A stretch of 64,000 nucleotides of DNA. It comes from Candidatus Eiseniibacteriota bacterium. GTDB lineage: Bacteria > Eisenbacteria > RBG-16-71-46. Shown here piece after piece: positions 36,297-46,344 of this stretch. Under the pieces are notes generated by a model. The model did not search any database, was not told where the DNA came from, and saw only the letters and a program-made list of their open reading frames with translations. Both the position numbers and the translations under genes were made by a program. The stretch covers positions 42,746-106,745 of the forward strand of contig JANMQY010000023.1 in NCBI GenBank assembly GCA_031370785.1. The letters run 5' to 3'. Position 1 is the stretch's first letter. Each line of letters opens with the position of its first letter.

Positions 36297-37195
36297 CAGC
36301 CGCCCGCCCGTTCTTCGAGCTCTTCGAGCGTACGCGGCCAGTCGCTGTGCAGCAGCCGCGACAGCGCACGGTCCGCGAGCAGCCGCCCGCCGGTCTGGCA
36401 CTTCGCGCAGTAGTTGGTCTCGTTCTCGGCGTGAACGATCCGCTGCACCGGCGCGTCGCAATCCGGGCACGGCTTGCGATAGCGGCCGTGAACCGCCATG
36501 CCATCGCGAAACGCGGTGACGTGCTCGGGGAAGTCGTCGCCCGCATCCTGCCGCAGTCTTTCGATCCACCCGCGAAGCACATCGTGCGTCGCGGCGCGGA
36601 GGCGCTCGATCTCGGGATCATCGAGATTGCGCGTGGTCTGAAGCGGGGAGAGCCGCGCACGGTGCAGGATCTCGTCCGAGTAGGCGTTGCCGATGCCGCT
36701 CAGCAGGCGCGGGTCGGTGAGCGTGCGCTTGAGCGTGTGATTCTCGCGGAGAAGGGCGGCGCGGAACGCTTCGGGCGAGGCGTCCATCACCTCGAGCCCG
36801 CCGGCATCGAGCGCGCGCAGCGCGAGGTCGCCATCGAGCACGTGCAGCGCGGCGCGCTTCCTCGTGCTGGCCTCGGTCAGGGTCAGCGTGCCCGATGAAA
36901 ACGTGAAGGCCGCGAGCCCGACGCGCCCCGGGACCTTCGCGCCGCGTGGGCGCCAGTGGAAGCGGCCCGAGATCATGAGGTGGAAGGCGAGCAGCAGGTC
37001 GCCCTCGAGCGCGATCGCGATGCGCTTGCCCTGGCGCCTGACGCCGCGCACCCTGCGGCCGAGCGCATCGGCAAGCGGCGGCGCCGCGGTGCGCAGAAGG
37101 TTGGGGCTCACGACGCGCGCCTCTTCCAGCGTCGCCCCGATGAGGCGACGCTCGAGATGCTCGACATAGATGGTGAGGTCGGGCAGCTCTGGCAT
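36296..37195 (-). CDS. Fpg/Nei family DNA glycosylase
   Basis: MPELPD, RRQGK, HLMISG, SGIGNAYSDE, zinc finger CPDC..CAKCQ. Confidence 0.93.
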   Translation of the reverse strand: MPELPDLTIYVEHLERRLIGATLEEARVVSPNLLRTAAPPLADALGRRVRGVRRQGKRIAIALEGDLLLAFHLMISGRFHWRPRGAKVPGRVGLAAFTFSSGTLTLTEASTRKRAALHVLDGDLALRALDAGGLEVMDASPEAFRAALLRENHTLKRTLTDPRLLSGIGNAYSDEILHRARLSPLQTTRNLDDPEIERLRAATHDVLRGWIERLRQDAGDDFPEHVTAFRDGMAVHGRYRKPCPDCDAPVQRIVHAENETNYCAKCQTGGRLLADRALSRLLHSDWPRTLEELEERAGG

Positions 37196-37320
37196 CGCGC
37201 GAGATTAGCGCACCCGGGCGCCGCGGCCGAAGCGGCCGGGGCGGCGCCCGAGAGCTGGCCGGCCGGTCGTCGCGCGGCGCGCTTGACCCGCCACGCGCTC
37301 GCCGTGACCATGCGCGCACC

Positions 37321-38484
37321 ATGGACAAAGCCGCGGTGATCATCATCGGTGCGGGCGTGATGGGCGCAAGCGCCGCCTACCATCTGGCGCGGCGCGGCCA
37401 GCGGGACGTACTGGTGCTCGACCGCAGTAAGGGGCCGGGCGCGGGTAGCACCGGTGTCGCGACCGGCGGGTTCCGCGCCCAGTTCGCGACCGCGATCCAT
37501 GTGCGGCTCTCGCTGCTCGCGCGCGAGAAGCTCCGCGCGTTCAAGGAAGAAGTCGGCGTCGATCCCGGTTACCAGCCGTCGGGCTACCTGTGGCTGGCGT
37601 TGACCGAGAATGAGCTGGCGACTTTGCGCGCCGCGCAGCGCGTGCAGCGCGCGGCCGGGCTGACTGAGGCGGTCGAGCTCGGGCCCAACGAAATCGCTCG
37701 GCTCAATCCCGCAGCAAACCTCGCTGGCGTGCTCGGCGGCGCGTTCTGCCCGAGCGACGGATTCCTGCGACCCATGAGCATCCTCGAAGGCTACATCGCC
37801 GGCGCGAGCCGACTGGGCGTGCGCTTCGAGTGGAGCGCCGAGGTGACCGGGCTCACGCGCGACTCTTCAGGTGCGATCACGCGCGTATGCACTCCGCGCG
37901 GCGAGATCGCAGTCGGCGCGGTAGTGAACGCGGCGGGGGCGTGGGCAGGAGAGATCGGCGCCCTCGCCGGCGTCGACGTCCCGGTGACGCCACTTCGCCG
38001 GCAGGTGGCTGCGACCATTCCAACCGAAGCGCTGCCCGCCGGTATGCCGATGACCATCTGGCTCGGCAATGGTTTTCATCTGCGCGTGCGCGACGGCCGC
38101 GTGCTGCTGCTGATGCCCGTGCCCGGCGTCCCCGGACGACCCTGGGATACGCGCGTCGATCCCGACTGGATCGCTGTCGTGAGCGCCGAGGCTCACCGGC
38201 GCGTGCCGCTCCTGCGCGACGTGTTGATCGATCCCGGCGCGTGCCACGCCGGGCTCTACGAAATGACCGCCGATCGCCACGCGCTGCTAGGCTCGGCGCA
38301 CGGTTGCCCCAACCTGTACCTGACCAACGGATCGTGCGGCCACGGGGTGATGCACGCTCCGGCACTGGGCGCGCTGCTCGCCGAGATCATGTGCGACGGC
38401 GCCGCCTCATCGCTCGACGTCTCGTCGCTCGATCCGTCGCGATTCGCTGAGCAGCGCGCGAATGCGGTCACGGAGCTGCTCTAG
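37321..38484 (+). CDS. FAD-dependent oxidoreductase (DAO/sarcosine oxidase beta-like)
   Basis: IIGAGVMG, VVNAAGAW, AGLYEMT.D, GHGVMHAP. Confidence 0.92.
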   Translation: MDKAAVIIIGAGVMGASAAYHLARRGQRDVLVLDRSKGPGAGSTGVATGGFRAQFATAIHVRLSLLAREKLRAFKEEVGVDPGYQPSGYLWLALTENELATLRAAQRVQRAAGLTEAVELGPNEIARLNPAANLAGVLGGAFCPSDGFLRPMSILEGYIAGASRLGVRFEWSAEVTGLTRDSSGAITRVCTPRGEIAVGAVVNAAGAWAGEIGALAGVDVPVTPLRRQVAATIPTEALPAGMPMTIWLGNGFHLRVRDGRVLLLMPVPGVPGRPWDTRVDPDWIAVVSAEAHRRVPLLRDVLIDPGACHAGLYEMTADRHALLGSAHGCPNLYLTNGSCGHGVMHAPALGALLAEIMCDGAASSLDVSSLDPSRFAEQRANAVTELL

Positions 38485-38585
38485 CATTTCGCGCTGTGAC
38501 CTTGCCGAAGCGCGCGCTATGGTCGCGCCCTGCCGGCCGCACATATTCCGGCGAGTCTCGGGCGACGCTCCTCGAGGGGACACGC

Positions 38586-40172
38586 TTGACGAATTCTGTC
38601 GCGAAGCTTCCATTGACCCGTCTGGACGTGCTCGTGCTCGCGCTGGTCGCGTTGATCGGCCTGCTCAACGTGCCCCTGCCGTTCACGTGGGATCAGGCGC
38701 TGTTCACGCTCGGCGCCAAGGCCTTGAGCCATGGGGCGGTGCTCTACCGCGACTACTGGGACACCAAGCAGCCGGGCATCTTCCTGTTCTATCTCGCCGG
38801 TGGCCGACTGTTCGGGTTCAACGAGGTTGGCATCCATCTGTTCGAGCTGCTGTGGCAGCTCGCTTTTGCCGTGACCCTGATCGTCACGCTGCGGAAGTAC
38901 TTCGACAACCGCGCGGTCGTGAGCCTCATGCCGCTGCTCGCGGTGGGCTTCTACTACGCAGTCGCGGACGACGCCAAGATCACGCAGCTCGAGGCGGTGG
39001 TCGGCTTTCCGATATTCCTCACCCTGTGGGGTACGCTGCCGCGTGACGAACAGGCGCCGCCCGACCCCGGCCGATTCTTCTTCTCGGGGCTCATGGGCGG
39101 GATCGTGCTCGTGTTCAAGCTCATGTTCGCCCCGATCATCGCCGCGTTCTGGTTCGCGGCATTCATGGATGCGCTGACCAGGCGCCGCGCCACGTTCGGG
39201 CAGGCGGTGCTGCGCATGGCGCTTCCGGTCGCGCTCGGAGCGGCGATCCCACTCGGACTCCTCGTCCTTTACTTCCGCATGCACGGCGCGTGGGACCTGG
39301 CGTGGTGGACGTGGGTCCGCTTTCCGCTGCGCGCGGTGGCCGACACCAGTGCGTTTCGGCTGAGCGCTCTCGTCTCCGGGCTGGCGTGGTTCGTATTCCG
39401 CTTCGCGCCGCTGATGGCGGTTGCATTGGTCGGGACGGTCGCTTCGCTCGAGGGACGGCGCGGCCTGATGACGGTTCAGATCGTCAACTGGTTCGTGCTC
39501 TCGTTCGTCGTGATCCTCTCTCAGCGGACGTCGTGGTGGCCGTACCAGTATCTGCTGCTGATCGCGCCACTCGGCATCCTCGCCTCGCGCGGGCTGGACT
39601 TCCTGTGGGGACTGGCTACGCCGCTCAAGGCGCAGCTCGGGGTGAACCGACTACGCGTGTACGGGCTGATCGCGCTTGCGCTGCTCGCCGGAAGCGCAAT
39701 CGGCGCGCAGGGGCTCAAGACACTGATGCTCGCCCGCGACCGCTTCGCGCTTCAGCCGGCACAGCGGCTCCACTTTCAGTCGGCCATCGCGACTCAGATG
39801 CCGTACGAGCTGGTGCAGGCCGAAGACGCGTTCCTTCAGCAGCCCGATAGCAGGCCGGGTCCGATCTATTCGATCGCGAATCCGCTCTTCGATCTGTTCT
39901 CGGGTCGCGAGATGGCATCCGGCCACAACGCGGCGATTCTCATCCGAGTCATGACGCGGGAGGAATGGCAGAAAATCGTCGATGATCTGCGCGCCCGCCC
40001 GCCGGCCTACATCTTCGTCGAGAAGCAGCTTTTGCCGATCCTTTACGAAAAGCCGGATCGGTCTGGGCCATTCCTCGAGCTGCTCGCTTCGAGCTACCCG
40101 TTGTGGCGCCACACCGATCGCGGATGGTGGTACGTGCGGGCGGATTCGACTCAACAAGGAGGTGGCAGATGA
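38586..40172 (+). CDS. GT-C type membrane glycosyltransferase-like protein
   Basis: WDQALF..G, LYRDYWDTKQPG; polytopic; TTG start after GAGGGG. Confidence 0.72.
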   Translation: MTNSVAKLPLTRLDVLVLALVALIGLLNVPLPFTWDQALFTLGAKALSHGAVLYRDYWDTKQPGIFLFYLAGGRLFGFNEVGIHLFELLWQLAFAVTLIVTLRKYFDNRAVVSLMPLLAVGFYYAVADDAKITQLEAVVGFPIFLTLWGTLPRDEQAPPDPGRFFFSGLMGGIVLVFKLMFAPIIAAFWFAAFMDALTRRRATFGQAVLRMALPVALGAAIPLGLLVLYFRMHGAWDLAWWTWVRFPLRAVADTSAFRLSALVSGLAWFVFRFAPLMAVALVGTVASLEGRRGLMTVQIVNWFVLSFVVILSQRTSWWPYQYLLLIAPLGILASRGLDFLWGLATPLKAQLGVNRLRVYGLIALALLAGSAIGAQGLKTLMLARDRFALQPAQRLHFQSAIATQMPYELVQAEDAFLQQPDSRPGPIYSIANPLFDLFSGREMASGHNAAILIRVMTREEWQKIVDDLRARPPAYIFVEKQLLPILYEKPDRSGPFLELLASSYPLWRHTDRGWWYVRADSTQQGGGR

Positions 40173-40174
40173 AG

Positions 40175-40290
40175 CGGCCGAAATCCAGGTCGTGCCCGAC
40201 ATCGTGGTGTTGACACTCAGGATCGAAACCTCCAACTCGGACCTGATGGCAGCCCGCGCCTGAGAATGACCGGCGCGTCCTGCTGAGTGA
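40175..40290 (+). pseudogene. SIMPL/DUF541 N-terminal fragment
   Basis: AEIQVVPDIVVLTLRIETSNSDLMAARA, then a stop; ENDRRV continues in a shifted frame. Confidence 0.55.
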
Positions 40291-40560
40291 CCAGCCGAAG
40301 GGCCCGGAAGAACAGCGTCATCGCGACCAGCGCGTCGGTGGTGGCGAACGACACCGCGATCGCGATCAGGTGGATACGCTGCTGCAGCTCGTCGAGCCGG
40401 CGGATCGCTGCCACCGTGACGATGATGGCCCACGCGAGCGCGCCGGATCCGAGCCCCGCCATGAGGAGCTGTGGCGTCTGGGCGCGCGGAACCGACCACG
40501 CGATCGCGAGCGCGACGACGATCGCTGCGATGGCGGGAATCAGCTCCATCGCATAGCGCC
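40217..40560 (-). pseudogene. Small membrane protein or remnant
   Basis: Hydrophobic helices around RRLDELQQRIHLIAIAVSF; no RBS, degenerate C-terminus. Confidence 0.4.
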
Positions 40561-40573
40561 GGTCGAAACAGCC

Positions 40574-41794
40574 TCACGGTCGATCCTGTCCCGTCCCCTC
40601 AACCTTCGCCCCCTGCGCGATCCACGCTCCAAGCGTCGCGCGTTCCTCGTCGGTCATGCCGGTGAGGTTGCCGAGCGGCATGGTGCGGGTGGAGACGGCG
40701 CGCTCCAGGATCCGCGGTGCGAGCGCGTGGATGCGCTTCGGGTCCTCGAGGATGATCCCGCTCGGCGCGGCGGGGAATGATGGGTTGGTGGGATGCGTCG
40801 AGTGGCAGGTGGTGCAGCGGCTCGCGAGGATCTCCTGCACTTCGACAAAGGTGACCGTGGCGCCTCCTGCGGCGATCGCCACGCCGGCGGGCTGGCGGGA
40901 GGGATGCGCGGTGAGCGTGACCGCTCCGATCAGCGCCGTTGCGCCCGCGAGCATGAGCCAGCGATTGCTGCGCGTTCCGAAGTTCATCGCGTGCTTGATC
41001 GCCACCCCGACCAGCATGATCAGGGTCAGGATCAGCCAGTTGAGCGGATGGCCGAACGTGCTCGGGTAGTGGTTGCTGAGCATGGTGAACAGCACGGGCA
41101 GCGTCATGTAGTGGTTGTGGGTGGAGCGCAGCTTGGCGCGCGCGCCGAGCGAGACGTCGACCGGCGTGCCAGCTCGGGTCGCGGCCAGCATCTGGGTCTG
41201 CGCCGGGATGATGCGGCGCCACACGTTGGCCGCCATGATGGTGCCCAGAATCGCGCCGACCTGAATGAAGGCCGCGCGGCCGCTGTAGAGGCGGGTGAGT
41301 CCGTAAGTCGTGGCGATGACCAGCGCGCATGAGATGGTCGCGGCGAGCACGGGGCGGCGGGCGAGGGGCGAGCTCCACAGCGCATCGTAGATCAGCCAGC
41401 CGGCGACCAGCAGGCCGAGGCTGATCGCGACCGCGCCGCCGAAGCCGACGCCGTTCACGCGGTCCATCAGGTAGATTCCGCCGCCCATGTAGTAGGCGAT
41501 GCCGAGCAGGAAGAAGCCGGTGATCCACGTGGTGTACGCCTGCCATTTGAACCAGTGGAGCACGCGCGGCATTTCGTGCGGCGCGAGGAATTTTCGCTTC
41601 ACCACCTCGTAGAAGCCGCCGCTGTGCACCATCCACAGTTCGCCGGCCACGGCACCTTCGCGCGGCTTCTCGGGGGCCTTGAGGCTGCTGTCCATCCACA
41701 TGAAGAGGAACGAGTCGCCGATCCACATGATGGCGGCGATCACGTGGATCCAGCGGAACAGAAGATTCAGCCACTCGTTGAAAAAGGGCGGCAT
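40574..41794 (-). CDS. puuD: Urate hydroxylase PuuD (membrane domain plus cytochrome c)
   Basis: RWIHVIAAIMWIG, LWMVHSGGFY, LHWFKWQAY.TW.TG, RSTHNHYMTLPVLF.MLSNHYP, CTTCH, MPLGNLT.MT.EER. Confidence 0.92.
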   Translation of the reverse strand: MPPFFNEWLNLLFRWIHVIAAIMWIGDSFLFMWMDSSLKAPEKPREGAVAGELWMVHSGGFYEVVKRKFLAPHEMPRVLHWFKWQAYTTWITGFFLLGIAYYMGGGIYLMDRVNGVGFGGAVAISLGLLVAGWLIYDALWSSPLARRPVLAATISCALVIATTYGLTRLYSGRAAFIQVGAILGTIMAANVWRRIIPAQTQMLAATRAGTPVDVSLGARAKLRSTHNHYMTLPVLFTMLSNHYPSTFGHPLNWLILTLIMLVGVAIKHAMNFGTRSNRWLMLAGATALIGAVTLTAHPSRQPAGVAIAAGGATVTFVEVQEILASRCTTCHSTHPTNPSFPAAPSGIILEDPKRIHALAPRILERAVSTRTMPLGNLTGMTDEERATLGAWIAQGAKVEGTGQDRP

Positions 41795-41985
41795 GGGCGG
41801 CGCGATCTCCAGGGCCAAGGAGCTGCGGTCGGACGCGGGAGCATAAGGGAAGCTCGCGACGCGCGCACGCGGATGCGGACCTGCAGACGCGTTCCGCGCG
41901 GACGCCTCGCCTCACCAAAACGCAACGGCCCGCGGTCGAAACCGCGAGCCGTCGCGTGAGCGGGCCGTCGGGGGCGGCCCCTGAT

Positions 41986-43263
41986 TCAGGGCGAGACGAC
42001 CAGGCTGTGCGTGAGCAGCCGTCCCTCAACGCTCAGGCGGGCAAAGTAGATGCCGCCCGGTACGCGCGTTCCCTCGCGGCTGCGCAGGTTCCAGGTGACC
42101 GCGTGGACGCCGGCCGGGAATCCGCCGTTCGCCAGGTCGACCATGCGCCGCCCGGTCACATCGAAGATCGCCAGCGAGACCTGGGCGTCGCGCGGAAGCG
42201 CGAAGCTCAGCAGCGAGCGCTCGATCGTGGGATTGGGGCGCGGCATCGCGAACGAAACTTCGCCCTGCGGCGAGTTTGCCGCGAACGCACGCCCCTCAGG
42301 CGGGGTGCGCTGCAGTGGCGCGGCCGCGGCTGGCGGCCTGTCGCAGCTACTGATGTGGATCTGCATGTTGCCGTCGGTGATGGTGACCGGATCCACCGTG
42401 GCCGGATTGCCGTCCACGTCCACCAGCAACAGGGTCGAGCCGTTCGGATTCGCCTGATTGGCGTAGACATGCAGGAAGTAGCGATCCTTCAGCGCGCCGT
42501 CGCGCTGGCCATTGCTGCCCGGCTCATTGCGGTCCTCGGCGCGCGCGAAGAAGTACACGGTGCTGTAGTTCACCTTGTTGCCCTTGATCCCCTTGAGCGT
42601 GCCGGTGCCCTTGAACTCGATGAAGTTGAACGGCGTGGCCGGCGAGGTCGAACCCGGCGGGATCCCGTCGACGTTTCCGCACCGCACCACCTGGATGGCC
42701 TGGCCGTGGAAGTGCAGCTTCTCCCGGGCGGCGATGTGGTTCCATGAGCCGCCGTCACCGGCGGTCGGGCTGCACCCGGGGTTCACGTTGCCACCCCAGT
42801 TGTGATCTCTCGCGTAGTCGCCGACATTCGTCCCGGTGATCGGGCTGAACTTCGCGCCGCCGCCGGTCAGCCAGCAGAGGCCGCTGCTGCTGCCACTGGT
42901 GCAGGCCGGACTGTCGAGCACCCAGTCGCGGCTCAGCTCGAACTCGGTCGAGGTGGTGGCAAAGGCGTAGAAGCCGGAGCTCGGTGCGAAGACGGTCGTG
43001 CTGGCAGAGACTGCGGCTGTCGCCCGGTACTCGCGCGGTTCCTCGAGCAGGGTAATGAAGTAATAGCCCGACTCGTCCGTGACGGCCGACGAGCTGAACG
43101 CCGAGCCGTTGTCGGTGGTGACCACGTCGATCTGAATGTTGGCGAACGGCAGCCCGGTGCCTTTGCAGATCACGTGGCCGGACAGATGCCATGCGAAGGC
43201 GGTGCTTACGCAACACAACATCAGCGCAGCCGCGAGCAGGCTGGCCTTCAACAGCGGGTTCAT
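41986..43263 (-). CDS. Secreted protein with C-terminal FlgD-Ig/T9SS-like domain
   Basis: Signal peptide; Cys-containing beta-rich domains (LTGGG, DRNEPG..D); PRPNP...IFDVTGRR..GGIYFARL. Confidence 0.82.
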   Translation of the reverse strand: MNPLLKASLLAAALMLCCVSTAFAWHLSGHVICKGTGLPFANIQIDVVTTDNGSAFSSSAVTDESGYYFITLLEEPREYRATAAVSASTTVFAPSSGFYAFATTSTEFELSRDWVLDSPACTSGSSSGLCWLTGGGAKFSPITGTNVGDYARDHNWGGNVNPGCSPTAGDGGSWNHIAAREKLHFHGQAIQVVRCGNVDGIPPGSTSPATPFNFIEFKGTGTLKGIKGNKVNYSTVYFFARAEDRNEPGSNGQRDGALKDRYFLHVYANQANPNGSTLLLVDVDGNPATVDPVTITDGNMQIHISSCDRPPAAAAPLQRTPPEGRAFAANSPQGEVSFAMPRPNPTIERSLLSFALPRDAQVSLAIFDVTGRRMVDLANGGFPAGVHAVTWNLRSREGTRVPGGIYFARLSVEGRLLTHSLVVSP

Positions 43264-43784
43264 ACTTGCCTCCATTGGTGAGGCAGGGGGGCGATGAACG
43301 GTAGATGCGCGTGATTGCACGCTTAAACGCGATGCGTAGGTGACGGTTGGGGATCCGGAGCCGTAACCTCCTCTCTCTCTGGCCATGGGGATCGCGTGCG
43401 ATCGCCTCAGGCGCCATGCCGCTTCGTCGGTGACGAAGTTCGGGGGAAACCATCGCACGGGGCATGGGGAGAGGGCGGCCCGCGACGACGTGAATATGAT
43501 AGAACAGAATGAGGGAGCGAATCCATGGAGAGATGCATGAATTGAGATAGTCCGCTTCGCCGGGTCGCCGGGCGCCCGAGGTGGGGGCATCGGCTGGTCC
43601 GCGGGACGACGGCGGGGCGCTCGCAGAAGGCGGCGGTGCGCCGACGCGATCTTGTTGACGCGTGCCGGCGGGAATTCCGTAGCGCGGGTCTGCTACGATG
43701 CGTCGCGAACGGCCGCTGTTTGGTCACCCCAGGCATCCGAGTCATCCGGAGAGAGCGACCCCTGCCCCTCGTCATGTCGATTTC

Positions 43785-45320
43785 ATGACCCGCCCCGACT
43801 TTCGGACTGTCATTTCCGGTCTCCTTCTGGTGGCCGGTGCAACGGTGTTCGTTGTCCTGTTCGTGCGCCTCTGGCCGTTCATGACCGACGACACCTTCAT
43901 CTCGGTGCGCTACGCGAAGAATCTCGTCGAGGGGCACGGGCTGGTCTACAACCCGGGGGAGAGGGTCGAGGGATACACGAACTTCCTGTGGACGCTGTGG
44001 CTTGCCATTCCACTGGCGCTGGGTCTTCCGCTCGCGCCTTTCATCAAGATCTCGAACATGCTTCTGACGCTCGCGACCGCGGTCCTCCTGGCGCGCCTCG
44101 GAGCCCGGACGCTGCTCTCTCGGGATCCGAAGTCCGATGAGGCGCCGGACTCGGCGACGGGTATTTCGCTGCTCGCGATGCTGCCCGCCGCGCTGTTTCT
44201 GGCCACTCCGAACGTCGCGCTCGGAGCGGCCGATGGGCTGGAGACTGCGCTGTTCGGATTCCTGCTCATGCTCGCCACCTGGTGGTTCTTGAGCGAGTCC
44301 GTCGAGCGAAGGGTCCCGCGCTCCGGGCTGGCCCTGGCCGCGCTCGCGATGACACGCCCGGACGGTGCGCTGTTCGCGGGGTGGTTCGTCATTGCGGCTC
44401 TCCTGCTGCGCAGGCCGATGGGGTACGTTGTCCGCCTCGCTGCGGTTTTCGGGATCGTTTTCGGAACGTATTTCGCGGCGCGCGCCCTCTACTACGGGCA
44501 CCTGCTCCCCAACACGTTCTATGCGAAAGGCGGCGGCGACACTCTGCTGCTCGAGCGCGGTTGGGCGGAGCTCAAGCGGTTCCTGGTCGAGAGCGGCGGG
44601 TGGGTGTGGCTGCTGATACCGGCCGCATGCATCCATCGCCGAACGCGCGGCGCAGCGATCGTGCTGTGCGGCGCCGTGGTGGTGCGCCTGCTCTTTCAGT
44701 TGTGGTCGGGCGGACCGTGGATGGGTCGCTACCGGTTCCTGATCCCGGCGCTCCCGATCGTGGACCTGCTGATCGTCGCGGGAATCGTCCAGCTGATCCG
44801 TGGGAGGGTCGCGCGAGTGATCGCGCTGACCGCGGTGTGCGCCGTGATCCTCGCGGCGGGCTGGGCGATCTATCCGCGCTGGGAAATGTTTTCACTCGGG
44901 TACGGCAGCGCGCTCCGTCGGGCCCATATGGCGCTCGGGCAGGCGATCTCCGCCCATACCCGGAGCGATGCCGTCATGGCGATGGATGACGCCGGGATCG
45001 GACCGCTCGTCGCCGATCGTCGGAACATCGACATGCTCGGTCTCAATGATGAGCACATCGCGCACCTTCCTGGACGCTACGCCGAGAAGTACGACGTTCC
45101 CTACGTGCTCGGGCGGCAGCCGGATCTGATCGTACTGCTCTCGCGCGTCGAGAGGCCCTCACGCGATGAGGACTTCAATCTGGTGGGGCACGCCGCGCTC
45201 TTTCGCGACGAGGAGTTCCAGTCGCGCTATCGCTTCGTTCGTTCGTACATGTTCGATCTGGACTACTACCTGCTCGTCTATCGCCGGCTCGATTCGCTCG
45301 CCGTTCCCGCCGACTTCTGA
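43785..45320 (+). CDS. GT-C membrane glycosyltransferase (AftB-like family)
   Basis: [59 protein letters not shown]. Confidence 0.82.
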   Translation: MTRPDFRTVISGLLLVAGATVFVVLFVRLWPFMTDDTFISVRYAKNLVEGHGLVYNPGERVEGYTNFLWTLWLAIPLALGLPLAPFIKISNMLLTLATAVLLARLGARTLLSRDPKSDEAPDSATGISLLAMLPAALFLATPNVALGAADGLETALFGFLLMLATWWFLSESVERRVPRSGLALAALAMTRPDGALFAGWFVIAALLLRRPMGYVVRLAAVFGIVFGTYFAARALYYGHLLPNTFYAKGGGDTLLLERGWAELKRFLVESGGWVWLLIPAACIHRRTRGAAIVLCGAVVVRLLFQLWSGGPWMGRYRFLIPALPIVDLLIVAGIVQLIRGRVARVIALTAVCAVILAAGWAIYPRWEMFSLGYGSALRRAHMALGQAISAHTRSDAVMAMDDAGIGPLVADRRNIDMLGLNDEHIAHLPGRYAEKYDVPYVLGRQPDLIVLLSRVERPSRDEDFNLVGHAALFRDEEFQSRYRFVRSYMFDLDYYLLVYRRLDSLAVPADF

Positions 45321-45336
45321 TGCATTCGCCCTGCCA

Positions 45337-46344
45337 CTATTTCCGGAGCAGGCTCATCTGCCACAGGTCGCGGTCGCTCGCGCCGAGCAGCGGCTGTACC
45401 GCCAGCCGCCCGGTCGGGCCGATGGCATGTTCGAGGTGGCGAAGCTCGTCCAGGTCGGCGCGAACGCGCGGATCGGGCGGTAACTCGACCCCCGCAGCCC
45501 GCGCGATCAGAACTCCCTTCGCGCGCAACGAGAGCTCGAGGTGGATGCGCAGCAGGCTCAGCATGTCCGCGAGCACGATACCCGGGAAGCGGGTGCGCAG
45601 CGATTCGAGGTAGTCGCCGATCGGGGTGCCGCGCAGCTCGCCGCCCAGGATCTGCTCGAGCCGCTCGGCGTCGCCGTCGAGCCCCACGCCCAGCCAGTCG
45701 TGAGTGGCCCGCTCGCTGCGTTCGAACACAATCACCACGAAGATCGGCATCATCACGATCAGCAGCGCGGTCGCGAGCAGCGGGTTCAGCAGGAGATGGT
45801 TGTAGAGAGAGTGCACGACGAAGGCGAGCGCGAGGCCGGGAAGCAGGAAGCGCAGCGCCTTCGATCGATGTCGATCAGTCAGGTCCTTGGCGATGATCCC
45901 GACGACGGCGGTGGTCGAGCCATGAAGCATCGCGGTTCCGAGCCCGCGCACGATCCAGGTGCCGGGATCGAATTGGCCGAGCGCCCATGCGTAGTAGAGG
46001 TTCTCGACCAGTGCAAAGCCCGCGCCCACCGCGAATCCGTGGATGCCGGCGTCGACCGCGAAGCCGACGCGGTTGGTCCACACCAGTGCGAGCACGATGC
46101 AGCCCTTGAGCGTCTCCTCGATCGCCGGGGCGAGATAGCGCCGCAGCAGGACCGGATCGGCGTGGGCGACGTTCAGCGCGAACGCGTTCAGGACGTAGGA
46201 GAGCAGCGAGGCCACCGCGCCGGCTGCGATCGAGAGCAGCACCGCGCGGCGCGAGACCAGCTTGAAGCTGTCGAGCAGGCGAAGGCCGGCGAGGAACAGC
46301 ACCACCGGGACCAAGCCAAGCAACAGCTCGAGCGGCGTGATCAC
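45337..46344 (-). CDS. PrsW family intramembrane glutamic protease
   Basis: APAIEETLK, GFAVGAGFALVEN, MLHG, HSLYN; GTG start overlaps the upstream stop. Confidence 0.88.
   Translation of the reverse strand: MITPLELLLGLVPVVLFLAGLRLLDSFKLVSRRAVLLSIAAGAVASLLSYVLNAFALNVAHADPVLLRRYLAPAIEETLKGCIVLALVWTNRVGFAVDAGIHGFAVGAGFALVENLYYAWALGQFDPGTWIVRGLGTAMLHGSTTAVVGIIAKDLTDRHRSKALRFLLPGLALAFVVHSLYNHLLLNPLLATALLIVMMPIFVVIVFERSERATHDWLGVGLDGDAERLEQILGGELRGTPIGDYLESLRTRFPGIVLADMLSLLRIHLELSLRAKGVLIARAAGVELPPDPRVRADLDELRHLEHAIGPTGRLAVQPLLGASDRDLWQMSLLRK

Noticed and set aside
43264..43780. Riboswitch in the long divergent intergenic region
   Set aside because: Only generic hairpins; no recognisable aptamer consensus.
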